Below are positions 8,295 to 17,512 of a stretch of 32,000 bases of DNA, piece by piece. This DNA is from Candidatus Saccharimonadota bacterium (GTDB lineage Bacteria; Patescibacteriota; Saccharimonadia; Saccharimonadales; Saccharimonadaceae), in the NCBI GenBank assembly GCA_001029695.1, contig CP011211.1, positions 660,001 through 692,000 on the forward strand, given 5' to 3'. Made by a program: the position numbers and the translations under genes. Positions within the stretch are counted from its first letter, which is position 1, and every line of letters begins with the position of its first letter. Below the pieces are notes generated by a model. That model was not told the DNA's origin, ran no database searches, and saw only the letters and a program-made list of their open reading frames with translations.

Positions 8295-9395
8295 ATGGAA
8301 CTCACTGTTACCCAAGAAAATCTTACTCGAGCACTGACTGCAGTTGGTCGTGTAGCAAGTACAAAGACGCAATTACCAATCCTCAGTAACATCCTTTTAA
8401 GGACAGACGGCACTCGCCTTCTTATTGCTGCAACGAATCTTGAAATAGCCGCAACCCAATTAATTGGAGCAAAGATTGCCAAGCCAGGTTCGATCACGAT
8501 TCCTGCAAAACTTGTAGCTGAGTTCGTCGCCAGTCTTCCAAAAGGCAACGTAGAACTTTTGGTAAAAAACGACCATCTCCACATAAAAGCAGGTACGTAT
8601 AGCTCAGTCATTAATGGTATCGCATCGGATGATTTCCCGGAACTACCAGTGATTGATGAGAAAAAGTCGATCCAGTACAGTATCAGCACGGATGAGTTCA
8701 AACAGGCTGTTTCTCAGACTATTCTTGTCGCAAGCAATGACAGCACTCGTCCAGTACTTACTGGCGTGTATTGGCACTCATTTGAAGGTAATCTTTATCT
8801 TGCAGCCACTGACGGATATAGGTTGACTGAAAAGCGACTTGTCGAGACAAAAAGTGATGTGTCGGCAATTATTCCCGCTTCCTCACTACAAGAAGTACTC
8901 CGTTCGATTACTGACGACGCTACAGAGGTTGAATTACTTTTTGATGAGACACAAGTTCGTTTTCGACTTGGTGAGGCTGAAATTACAAGTCGCCTCATCG
9001 ACGGCAACTTCCCTGATTATCGCCAGCTCATTCCTGCATCATCTGAATCCGTCATAAAGATTGATAAAGCCGAGTTTGTTCGCATTACCAAGATAGCTAG
9101 TCTATTCGCCCGTGACTCAGGTGGCAGTGTCACTGTGACGGCAAATGCTGAGGCCGGCACGCTTGCTATCCATTCGATCGCTTCGCAACTTGGTGAAAAC
9201 ACATCAGAATCAGCTGCCGATGTGAGTGCTGATGGACAAGTAACACTTAACTCACGCTACCTTGCCGACGCACTCAGTGTTACCTCGGGAGATAAAGTAG
9301 TGTTTCGTTTCAGCGGGCGTCTCGCCCCGTGTGTACTCTCGGTAGATAAAAAAGATAATGACTACCAACACATCATCATGCCATTAAAGAGCTAG
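8295..9395 (+). CDS. dnaN: DNA polymerase III beta sliding clamp
   Basis: 366 aa. The typical N-terminus (L....L......V.....T.LPIL.NILL) and three-domain length. Conserved dnaA-dnaN-recF synteny. RBS AAAGGAA at 8282-8288. Confidence 0.95.
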   Translation: MELTVTQENLTRALTAVGRVASTKTQLPILSNILLRTDGTRLLIAATNLEIAATQLIGAKIAKPGSITIPAKLVAEFVASLPKGNVELLVKNDHLHIKAGTYSSVINGIASDDFPELPVIDEKKSIQYSISTDEFKQAVSQTILVASNDSTRPVLTGVYWHSFEGNLYLAATDGYRLTEKRLVETKSDVSAIIPASSLQEVLRSITDDATEVELLFDETQVRFRLGEAEITSRLIDGNFPDYRQLIPASSESVIKIDKAEFVRITKIASLFARDSGGSVTVTANAEAGTLAIHSIASQLGENTSESAADVSADGQVTLNSRYLADALSVTSGDKVVFRFSGRLAPCVLSVDKKDNDYQHIIMPLKS

Positions 9396-9406
9396 CTGTC
9401 TAATCT

Positions 9407-10447
9407 GTGATTATTTCGTCGCTTCAGCTTCAGAATATCAGAACTCATGAGGTGTTTACTCATGAGTTATCACCTTACGTCACGCTTATTACCGGGAGCA
9501 ATGGTAGCGGCAAGACATCAATTATTGAGGCTATGATGATTGCCTTACAAGGCACTTCATTTAAAGGTACTGACACCGAAATACTTCGGCACGAAAGTGA
9601 ATGGTGGCGAATCGACATTAGAAGCGATGATCATGAACGTACTATTAAGTTTGACCCTTCGAAGTCATCAGGTAAGAAGCAATTTAGTATTGATAGTAAA
9701 ATATCGTATCGTTTAGCATCCGCGTATAAATATCCAGTTGTTTTGTTTGAGCCGGATGATCTTCGTCTTCTTCACGGTTCGCCATCGCGAAGACGGCAGT
9801 TTATAGACCGTTTCCTGTCGCAACTTGATTCGGAGTATGCGCAGGCGCTTCGTAAGTACGAAAGGGCTCTAAAGCAGCGTAATGCCCTACTGAAGCGACA
9901 ATTTGTAACGATTGACGATATGTTTGTGTGGGATATTGCAATTGGAGAGTATGGCGCAGAAATTATCGACAAACGCGTGCAGTGTATCGAGGCGCTTAAC
10001 GGCGATATTGCCGATACGTACAACACGATCGCACAATCAAACGATACCGTAAGTATCCACTACTCGCATACCTCGATTGATCATACGAAGCAAAAACTAA
10101 TCAATGAACTTCACGGGCGATTTGAGAGGGATAAACTACTAGGATTTACGAGCGTTGGCCCGCATCGTCATGACGTAGAGTTTCGATTTAACGGAAAATC
10201 TGCCCTGTCGGTCGCTTCTCGTGGTGAGGTGCGAAGTATAGTATTGGCGTTGAAGTTTCTCGAGGTGGATATAATTGAGCGTTTGACTAATCAGCGTCCA
10301 ATCATCTTGCTTGACGATGTTTTTGGTGAGTTAGATGGACAACGTCAGACACATCTTGCGACGAAGTTTAAAAATAAACAAATCATCATGACAAGCGCTT
10401 CAAGCACTGCTCTTCTTGAGGGGGCAATGGTGATTGCACTCGATTAA
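9407..10447 (+). CDS. recF: DNA replication and repair protein RecF
   Basis: 346 aa with a GTG start. SMC-like Walker A ITGSNGSGKTSIIEAM, signature region SRGEVRSIVLALKF and Walker B ILLDDVFGELD. Syntenic after dnaN. Confidence 0.9.
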   Translation: MIISSLQLQNIRTHEVFTHELSPYVTLITGSNGSGKTSIIEAMMIALQGTSFKGTDTEILRHESEWWRIDIRSDDHERTIKFDPSKSSGKKQFSIDSKISYRLASAYKYPVVLFEPDDLRLLHGSPSRRRQFIDRFLSQLDSEYAQALRKYERALKQRNALLKRQFVTIDDMFVWDIAIGEYGAEIIDKRVQCIEALNGDIADTYNTIAQSNDTVSIHYSHTSIDHTKQKLINELHGRFERDKLLGFTSVGPHRHDVEFRFNGKSALSVASRGEVRSIVLALKFLEVDIIERLTNQRPIILLDDVFGELDGQRQTHLATKFKNKQIIMTSASSTALLEGAMVIALD

Positions 10448-10935
10448 TTTATTGTTGGTGAAGTATCGGTTCCCGGGAGAACTGCTGGCTGGTTGATTGT
10501 CTGCAAGACGGATTTTGGTACATCAGGAAAGTCTGGTTGACTTAAGATTGGTCGTGGCGGTGTGCTACGGATAATCCATTTTCCGTCTTTTTTCTCCATT
10601 AGTACGCGAAGGGTGTCTCTACTATCTTCGTCTTTTCCTTGGTACGTTAATGTTGTGCCATACCACTGCCCTTCATCGTAGAGAGCGCCTCTGTTGATGA
10701 TGTAGAGATCAACGAGTGTTGGATATTTTCCGACAAGGACTGTGGAGATTGCCGGAAGCTCGGTTTCGAGCATAGTATCAAGCTCCGCTGTTGTTGGCTT
10801 AGGTTTCTGTTGTGGTTGTTCTACGACAGGAGGTGGCGTAGCCGGCTGGGATTGCAGTGAACCGACAATTGCAATGCCTCCGATGATAACAACGGCAGCG
10901 CATAGTAATATAACTGTAGTTCGATTATTATTCAT
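10444..10935 (-). CDS. Membrane-anchored exported protein, unknown function (last gene of T4SS-like operon)
   Basis: 163 aa. An N-terminal TM helix (TTVILLCAAVVIIGGIAIVGSL), a Pro/Gln-rich linker, then a ~100-aa globular part. Its ATG overlaps the upstream stop (ATGAATAA). No family recognised. Confidence 0.55.
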   Translation of the reverse strand: MNNNRTTVILLCAAVVIIGGIAIVGSLQSQPATPPPVVEQPQQKPKPTTAELDTMLETELPAISTVLVGKYPTLVDLYIINRGALYDEGQWYGTTLTYQGKDEDSRDTLRVLMEKKDGKWIIRSTPPRPILSQPDFPDVPKSVLQTINQPAVLPGTDTSPTIN

Positions 10936-11563
10936 GAGTCACCTCGAGTGGGTTTTTGAATTGTTTAAAGTCAATGGTGTAGTCAGTAGGATTGAAGCCA
11001 AGTTCTCTGATCTTCTGAACTGCAAAATAGCGGTATCGAGGAGAGTCGGTGTCAATAGTAATGATAATATCATCACCATTTGTACGGTAAGCAATCTTGT
11101 AATACGGATCAGTGTACGGGAGTTTTTCTATAATAGGAAAGCGAGATCGAAAATACTGGCCATTCTCTTGCGCCTCAAGACCACCGAAAGTTTCATTATC
11201 CTTGTAGGCTTTTTGATTCTTCTCTGCCCATTTTTTTGCGTCATCTGATTGCGGCGTGAGTGAGACCGCAACTACATTTTGCTTCTTTTTGTCAGTGACA
11301 ACGATTGTTTTTTCTTGCGAGTCAAAGCCAGGCTGCTCGACCTTTATCTTGTAAGATCCAGCAGTGAGATACTGCGTACCGTTACCTATCGTGTTGTTTT
11401 CGAGAGTGATACGAGCACTACTTGGTACGATAGAAAAAACTACTGGAAGTTTGCCTTGGCGAGATAGTGTAATGATAATACTAAAAATACAGATAAGGAG
11501 AAAGATCACTACTGAAGTGACGATAAAGATACGGCGCTTGCTGGAAAAAATCTGATTAAACAT
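10928..11563 (-). CDS. Membrane-anchored protein with PEGA-like beta-sandwich segment
   Basis: 211 aa with an N-terminal TM (IFIVTSVVIFLLICIFSIIITL). The segment VVFSIVPSSARITLENNTIGNGTQYLTAGSYKIKVEQPGFDSQEKTIVV resembles the PEGA domain pattern (from memory, not searched). The start overlaps the upstream stop by 8 nt (ATGTTTAA). Confidence 0.5.
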   Translation of the reverse strand: MFNQIFSSKRRIFIVTSVVIFLLICIFSIIITLSRQGKLPVVFSIVPSSARITLENNTIGNGTQYLTAGSYKIKVEQPGFDSQEKTIVVTDKKKQNVVAVSLTPQSDDAKKWAEKNQKAYKDNETFGGLEAQENGQYFRSRFPIIEKLPYTDPYYKIAYRTNGDDIIITIDTDSPRYRYFAVQKIRELGFNPTDYTIDFKQFKNPLEVTHE

Positions 11564-12845
11564 TTATTACTCCTGACTTCTTACGATACCACCGGAATGA
11601 CCCATCTGTCACGCCCTCTTTACCCGCCATTGGCGCTCGCTCGTCGAGTGATGCCGAGGCAATTTTACTATTAAATCCTTCTATATCACCAACATAAATA
11701 TACGTATGAGTGTCATTTATAGCAACATCACCAGGTAGCCTGTCGCTCGCATCAGTGGCACTGATAGATTCCCAGTTATTACGGAGCCATGCCTCTTGAC
11801 TAATAGTGTTACCTCCCTTCCCTGAGTTGTTATAGGTTGGTTCGGTCTTGCTATCCTGGAGTAGGAGTGAGACGAATCCACCGCAATCAATACCCTTATA
11901 TTTGATACCACCGACGTATCGTTGTTCTGAAGTGGCTTTATTGACCGCGGAGGTGTATTCCGCTCGTGCGTTTATATCGAGACCTTTATGAGTATCCCAC
12001 GCGTAGGCTTTAACTGTCGCTGCGAGATCTCCACCACTAAAGGTATCCCCATCGCACTGCGCACCTGTTGATGATCGTGTTGGATTTGAGACGACTTTGG
12101 CCTTGTCTTTATCGCCGTCAACGGGCGGCTCTGCAAGTGATGAATCGGCCGTACCGCCCGCAAGAGCCGGCGCATCTTTGTATGTGTCGTAGACTTTTTG
12201 AGCATTGCCACCGCGGACGGAACGTACTGCCTCTGGTGAGTCAGCGGAAGCTTCGTAGCCTGGATTTGGCGGGCCGTGCATTGCGACGGCTGCAGCAACT
12301 GGTTCGGTTGTTGACTTCAATGCCTGTAGGGTGTGAGTGTAATTACTGTTTAGCTCTTTCCAAACAAACTCAAGCTGGCCACCGAGATCGGTCATGCCGA
12401 CACCCATCTCTTTCATATGATCTTGAAGTGGTTTTTGTCGTCCAGTAAAGGTCCATTGTACTAGCCCAAACCCAACCCCATTTTCTGGGGTATAGTTAGC
12501 GTCGACGATCTTCCCGCCTTGTCGTACGGCAGGATTTGGTGTTTTGACTCCAGTTTTTTGATCGATTGCTCCGCCAGATTCTTGTGCCATATTTCCGATA
12601 ATTCCTGATGCTTGCGCGAGTGTAAGGCCTTTACGCATAAAGAAGTTTAATATCTGCTCCATAGTGCCATCACCTGCAAGTTGCACGGACCCTGTAGTAT
12701 CTGCTTCAGCACAGGTCGGGTCATAGAACATAATGTCGTTTGCGGAGTAAAATTGCTGATCGATTGTCGCAGCTTGTACTGGCTGGATAATCTCGACAGA
12801 TACGATACCGATAGCTACGATGACGGCAATAACACGCTTAAACAT
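11556..12845 (-). CDS. Secreted two-domain peptidoglycan hydrolase, CwlT-like (phage-tail-lysozyme-like N domain + NlpC/P60-like C domain)
   Basis: I prefer ATG at 12845, giving the signal peptide MFKRVIAVIVAIGIVSVEIIQPVQAA, over the track start at 13007, which runs deep into the upstream gene. The N domain has GIIGNMAQESGG...GVGFGLVQWT (phage tail lysozyme / muramidase-like pattern). The C domain has GIDCGGFVS...HTYIYVGD (Cys/His of NlpC/P60 or CHAP type). Confidence 0.75.
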   Translation of the reverse strand: MFKRVIAVIVAIGIVSVEIIQPVQAATIDQQFYSANDIMFYDPTCAEADTTGSVQLAGDGTMEQILNFFMRKGLTLAQASGIIGNMAQESGGAIDQKTGVKTPNPAVRQGGKIVDANYTPENGVGFGLVQWTFTGRQKPLQDHMKEMGVGMTDLGGQLEFVWKELNSNYTHTLQALKSTTEPVAAAVAMHGPPNPGYEASADSPEAVRSVRGGNAQKVYDTYKDAPALAGGTADSSLAEPPVDGDKDKAKVVSNPTRSSTGAQCDGDTFSGGDLAATVKAYAWDTHKGLDINARAEYTSAVNKATSEQRYVGGIKYKGIDCGGFVSLLLQDSKTEPTYNNSGKGGNTISQEAWLRNNWESISATDASDRLPGDVAINDTHTYIYVGDIEGFNSKIASASLDERAPMAGKEGVTDGSFRWYRKKSGVINV

Positions 12846-15807
12846 CGCGACTCCTATTGCCTGGCTGCGCATTTTTAGCTTTTTGTAGTATTGGCTCAGG
12901 ATTGGTTTCTTTACCAACCTGCCCGTTGTCACTGATGCGACCGCCATCCCATAATTCAAAATGGAGGTGCGGGCCTGTGCTCTGACCATCACTGCCGATT
13001 TTGCCAATCTCTTGGCCGGCCTTTATGGTATCTCCCTGCTTTACGAGAACGCCATCATTGTACATATGGCCGTAAAGGCTATCGACAATCTTTCCGTCAA
13101 CCTGATGACGTATGATGATCCAGTTACCGAAGCCTTCGGCTGGTCCTGCGGCAATTACCTTTCCGTCTCGCGCAGCAAAGATTGGTTTGTTGAGCGAGCC
13201 GCCCGAATGGGTGATATCCACGCCTCGGTGATCAGGTCGAGCAGCAGTTTTGAAGCCACTAGTGATATTTCCATCAGTTGTTGTCGGGTATGACCAGCCA
13301 TCTTCAGTGACGTTACCGGTTGCACCGCTAGCACTCCCTGTTGTTCCGGGATCGGCTTTTTGAGACTTGGATCCGTCAAGCGATTGGTCGACACTGACGT
13401 CCATTGTGTAGATACGGTAGCGCATGTTGAGCGGTTCATTTTCTTTTTTGCGGCACTCTGCTCCGTCGCCAGTATTTTCGTCCTGATTTTCACCCCACCC
13501 AGTTGATCGATTGACACATTCCTTGAGGAATTTAACATAGTTCCAGCCCTTATCGCCGTTGTCTTTTACTACCCCATCTTCGCTTTCGGGGTCGATATTT
13601 CCAGTGGCTGCCATCCAGTTTGCATTTTCAATAGGATCAAGCGCTAACTCCTCTTTTGAGTTGCCGTAGCGAACATTACAAAAAACGTCCGCTTTAATGC
13701 CGAGGCGTAAGTAGTTTACGTCATTACATTGCTGGAAGCGCTGAATCGGTGAAGCTGCAAATAATTTTGGTGCTGCGACAACTGCAAGTGAGGCTGGAAG
13801 TAGATTACCTACACTCATCGCCATCGTTCCAAGACTTGAAGCACTTTGTCGAACGTAAGGGGTGAGACTAAAGGCGATCGACCCAAGGAACGAGTATTGA
13901 TTAGTAATGTCAAGTGGCGTGTCTTTTGCTTGATACCGCTCAACTTCACTGTATGCTTGTGCTACTTTCGCGTTCTCTTGGCTTGCTTCAACCGCCTCTG
14001 TATCATCAAGCGGCTTCATGCCACGCGCCATTGCCATGTCGCCGGTAAGTCCGGCTGTGCCGACAAACGCAGCATCGACTGTGTCCATACCCTCTAGATC
14101 CTTAAAGAGATTGCCGGTGATGATGTCGGCAAGTACCGATTCGAGGTATGGAAGCATGGCACCGATTGCTACGGAGCCTGTTATCATGGCAACTGTCGAC
14201 AGACCGGCTGTTCCTGCGCCCGCGATAATACCAATAGCAAGTGCGCCAAGCCGAACGGCGGGATTTTGAACAAATTTACATTTGTCACTAATCGACTGCG
14301 GGTCGGGGTTTGTTCCGAGAGAGAGTGATAACGCAAGCGCTTGAGCGATACCATCAAAGGTATTTGGTGTACTGTCACCGAGCATAAATCGACTTGCGCG
14401 CATGTCGAGCTTCGGTACATCGTCGTGTGCAGCGAGACGAAATGCTGGTGAATCAAGTCCACTTTTCCCGAAGTCTTTATTTTCAACCATTGGTGGATTA
14501 CTTGCCGTGCCTGGTTCGGTTGCTCGAGACTCATCAATAACCTTCTCTTCTGTATTTGTTTGAGTGATGTTATCCCCAACGAATGACACCATCTCTTCAG
14601 TAGCTTCGTTCGCCTTCATGGCATCGGCTGGTGTCAGGATCATCGTTGTCGCGAATCGTACAGCTTGTTCTTTCTTTTTTACTTTCGAGAGAGCCGATAC
14701 CATGCGGCTCGTATTGTAGATAGTGCATGAGGTGTCGATAACTCCAGTAATCATCGCACCTTTTGCGAGGTTTTGAATTGTCTTACTGCTACCAATCTCA
14801 GCAAGGGCACTGATTCGCTCGCTCGACTGACGAGCTTGTTCAACTTCTTCGCTAGTGAGCGGATTACCTTTGTCATCAGTGTATGTCTTATTTCCGTCTT
14901 CATCAGTTTTGGTTACGATACTACTTGCATTGACACTCGCTTTTTTTTCGACGATAGAATTGACAGATTTTTGCCGCTCTTCGTCAGTGGATCCGTTTAT
15001 TTGAAGGGATTTTCTAGCACCATTTTTTGCGAATACTTTTGCGGCGACTTTATCGGCAAAGCCGATGACTTTTGGATTATATGAAGTGATAAGTGACGAA
15101 CGAAACGCCATATTGTTGAGACTTGCGTTCTTGAGCTCAGCAGCATTGGTTATGTATGTTTTTTCTCCGGACGTTGGATTAGTGAAGGTCATTCGAGTTA
15201 TTTGACCCCGTTTTCCACCTATACCTTTACTCATATCACGGTCGATTTCGATACCTTGGGCTTTAAACTTCTTCACCTGATCATCGTGAAGTGTACTGAA
15301 TCGACACGTAATTTTTACTGCACCGCATGAACCTTTTGTTGTATCTTTTAGTTTTGAGCGCAACAAAACAGCTGATCGCGTGTCAAGCGATCGAAGTTGA
15401 TCATTGAGATCTTGTGTGAATACTTCTTTGAGCTGCACAATGGCGATCGTTGGCGAAAACAACACTGTCAGTGCTGCGCCACCTCCGAAAAGCACTGCTA
15501 TGACAGCAAGGAGAGATGATTTGCCGCGGATTTTTTTAGAGGTAAGAAATTGCCAGCGCTTTTTTCCTGAGTTGGATGACGATGTTTGATTTTGAGGAGT
15601 ATACGGTATCGTCCCCTCGCTCTCGCGTGCGTTGAGCTTGGCGATATTTGCGTTTTCTTGAGCTGGATCGGCTGACTGTGAGTCGTACGTCGAGGCGAGC
15701 TGATTAAACTTCTCTTGTTCCTGCAGTTGGTGACGTAAACCGCGGCCCGCGTCGGTATACGGGTCGTGCTTTTCAGTCGCCTTGTCTTGTAAGTCTAATT
15801 TGCTCAT
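12838..15807 (-). CDS. Giant membrane protein with C-terminal M23 (LytM-type) metallopeptidase, copy B
   Basis: 989 aa. A polar ~100-aa N-terminus, then TM SSLLAVIAVLFGGGAALTVLFSPTIAIV. A long unassigned region is followed by a Gly/Ala-rich hydrophobic stretch, LGALAIGIIAGAGTAGLSTVAMITGSVAIGAML. The C-terminal M23 motifs are HRGVDI and GPHLHFE. Paralog of 18751-21678. Confidence 0.8.
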   Translation of the reverse strand: MSKLDLQDKATEKHDPYTDAGRGLRHQLQEQEKFNQLASTYDSQSADPAQENANIAKLNARESEGTIPYTPQNQTSSSNSGKKRWQFLTSKKIRGKSSLLAVIAVLFGGGAALTVLFSPTIAIVQLKEVFTQDLNDQLRSLDTRSAVLLRSKLKDTTKGSCGAVKITCRFSTLHDDQVKKFKAQGIEIDRDMSKGIGGKRGQITRMTFTNPTSGEKTYITNAAELKNASLNNMAFRSSLITSYNPKVIGFADKVAAKVFAKNGARKSLQINGSTDEERQKSVNSIVEKKASVNASSIVTKTDEDGNKTYTDDKGNPLTSEEVEQARQSSERISALAEIGSSKTIQNLAKGAMITGVIDTSCTIYNTSRMVSALSKVKKKEQAVRFATTMILTPADAMKANEATEEMVSFVGDNITQTNTEEKVIDESRATEPGTASNPPMVENKDFGKSGLDSPAFRLAAHDDVPKLDMRASRFMLGDSTPNTFDGIAQALALSLSLGTNPDPQSISDKCKFVQNPAVRLGALAIGIIAGAGTAGLSTVAMITGSVAIGAMLPYLESVLADIITGNLFKDLEGMDTVDAAFVGTAGLTGDMAMARGMKPLDDTEAVEASQENAKVAQAYSEVERYQAKDTPLDITNQYSFLGSIAFSLTPYVRQSASSLGTMAMSVGNLLPASLAVVAAPKLFAASPIQRFQQCNDVNYLRLGIKADVFCNVRYGNSKEELALDPIENANWMAATGNIDPESEDGVVKDNGDKGWNYVKFLKECVNRSTGWGENQDENTGDGAECRKKENEPLNMRYRIYTMDVSVDQSLDGSKSQKADPGTTGSASGATGNVTEDGWSYPTTTDGNITSGFKTAARPDHRGVDITHSGGSLNKPIFAARDGKVIAAGPAEGFGNWIIIRHQVDGKIVDSLYGHMYNDGVLVKQGDTIKAGQEIGKIGSDGQSTGPHLHFELWDGGRISDNGQVGKETNPEPILQKAKNAQPGNRSRDV

Positions 15808-15884
15808 CCAGGTAGCTCTCTATCAGATATAGATTACCACAAAATTGAGTTTTAGTACATAGTATGTAATAAATAATATACAAA

Positions 15885-17504
15885 TCAATAACTAAAATTG
15901 ATCGTAACGGTATTTAGATCTATACCCTTCTTCTCAAGCATGTCGGTTACTCTCGACTTTGCTTGATTGAGAGCGGTTTCATCTAATGCACCCGAATTTT
16001 TTCGTACTGTTTTATTTAGTGTTACTTTTAGTCGTATTCGTATATTTGATCCTACGAAGTCCATATCGCTAATATCGGTTGATTCAGAAAATGTTACCGG
16101 AAGAAGGTCTATTATTCGTTTATTGCCTGTGCTATTTACTTCACTATTGATTTTGTAGGCGTAGACGCGACTACCTCCATCTTTTACTGATGATAGTGCA
16201 AAAACTGATTCCCCGTAAACACTAACTCTTTTTATATTAATGTGTTCTGAGTGAAAACGACTTACCGCTCCATCGTTAGTTTCATTGATGGCGAATACTG
16301 TATTATCTTTTACGTAATACGTATCTACCCCCGTGTCTACAGAGTCAATATTCTGTTCAAAGAGATGAGCTTTTATTTGTGTGTCGTTTTGAGACTCTAG
16401 CTTATAGAGTCTTTTCCCGTCAAGCGCTAGTATAGTATTGTTTTTTGTAACAAAGAGCTGGTCGACGGATATATCTGATTGAATGCTATATGTATTTTTT
16501 TGAGATGGATTTTCTGTCGAAAAATCTATCATCGTAAGCTTACCTTCAGGCAGATCAACTTTCTTACTACTTGATGAGCCCTCACTACTTTCATCAGAGT
16601 GTGGAGTGAGACTTGATCCTCCCGTGTAGCACGCCGCCTCGGTATTGTTTAGAGTGCATATTGTTGATTTTTTTACGCTACTATAGTCGCTAGGTGCGGT
16701 CATTTTTTTATATTCTACTGAATTATATTCTACTGAAGGCATACCGTAATACACTGCGCCGTCCCAGGAAATAAAAAGGAAGTTACGATTTTCAGGGTGT
16801 ATTTTATCGGTCACTATTTTCGCAAAACGAAGGGTTGACTCATCGATATTTTCTGGCGCAGGAAAGTGCTTTAGTCCGCCTGCCACACTGATGTAGAAGA
16901 GAGGATCTTCTGCGGGTGCATCCGTATCGAACACTGGCGCAATTCCTATAGCTCCGTCTCGATATGGTGTCATGAACTTAGTTGTAGTTGCTGATTTTGC
17001 TGCTATTTTATTCGTCCATATGTTATTACCTGATAGAGCGCTATAGGAATATAACTGAGTTGGTGTTTTGCAATTGTAAGATAATAACTGGTCACTTGAG
17101 TAGTCATAGACTGAACAATCAGAAATCGGATTCATGTACGCAACCTTATCTGCATTTCTATCTTTCTGAAAAGTAAAATCTACAGTGGGGATAGTAAAGA
17201 GCGCTGTATTAATTGAACGACTTGATTGGTAGTTTCCAAGTGAGGCATGAAGGACTTTAGAATCACGCGGTATTATTGCAAAATCTCCGACTAGTAGTGC
17301 TCGGGATGTTTCAAATATATAATCTTTTGAAGCCGTCACTTCAAGTTGACTATTTGTAATATTATCTTCATTTTTTACCGATATTTGTACGAGAGAAAAA
17401 GTAAACCATAGCCATACAACGAGGCATACTAGGGAGATACTCACTCCCAACCCTACCCAGAACCGGATTGACTTTTTGGTAATGAAATTAAGTATTTGAT
17501 TCAT
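15885..17504 (-). CDS. Bitopic membrane protein, large beta-rich ectodomain, unknown function
   Basis: I prefer ATG at 17504 (MNQILNFITKKSIRFWVGLGVSISLVCLVVWLWF...), preceded by AGGAG overlapping the upstream stop. The track start at 17606 would overlap the upstream hydrolase by ~90 nt. 539 aa, one TM, no family recognised. It is noticeably more AT-rich than its neighbours. Confidence 0.6.
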   Translation of the reverse strand: MNQILNFITKKSIRFWVGLGVSISLVCLVVWLWFTFSLVQISVKNEDNITNSQLEVTASKDYIFETSRALLVGDFAIIPRDSKVLHASLGNYQSSRSINTALFTIPTVDFTFQKDRNADKVAYMNPISDCSVYDYSSDQLLSYNCKTPTQLYSYSALSGNNIWTNKIAAKSATTTKFMTPYRDGAIGIAPVFDTDAPAEDPLFYISVAGGLKHFPAPENIDESTLRFAKIVTDKIHPENRNFLFISWDGAVYYGMPSVEYNSVEYKKMTAPSDYSSVKKSTICTLNNTEAACYTGGSSLTPHSDESSEGSSSSKKVDLPEGKLTMIDFSTENPSQKNTYSIQSDISVDQLFVTKNNTILALDGKRLYKLESQNDTQIKAHLFEQNIDSVDTGVDTYYVKDNTVFAINETNDGAVSRFHSEHINIKRVSVYGESVFALSSVKDGGSRVYAYKINSEVNSTGNKRIIDLLPVTFSESTDISDMDFVGSNIRIRLKVTLNKTVRKNSGALDETALNQAKSRVTDMLEKKGIDLNTVTINFSY

Positions 17505-17512
17505 AACAGCTC

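Noticed and set aside
8195-8701. A 168-aa minus-strand ORF antisense to the dnaN 5' region
   Set aside because: It is antisense to a confidently identified dnaN and has no RBS and no recognisable domain. It is a shadow ORF.
10742-11248. A 168-aa plus-strand ORF across the junction of the two tail genes of the operon
   Set aside because: It is antisense to two ORFs that show proper TM-anchor architecture and coupled starts. Its translation is Cys/Val-rich with no signal.
12846-13007. Longer N-terminal extensions offered by the ORF track (13007 for the CwlT-like hydrolase, and likewise 17606, 28227, 30932 and 123)
   Set aside because: Each extension overlaps the upstream gene or a hairpin. 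Each also precedes an internal Met that yields a canonical signal peptide or TM anchor with an RBS or a coupled ATGNNTAA junction. Shorter starts were adopted, though this remains unverified.
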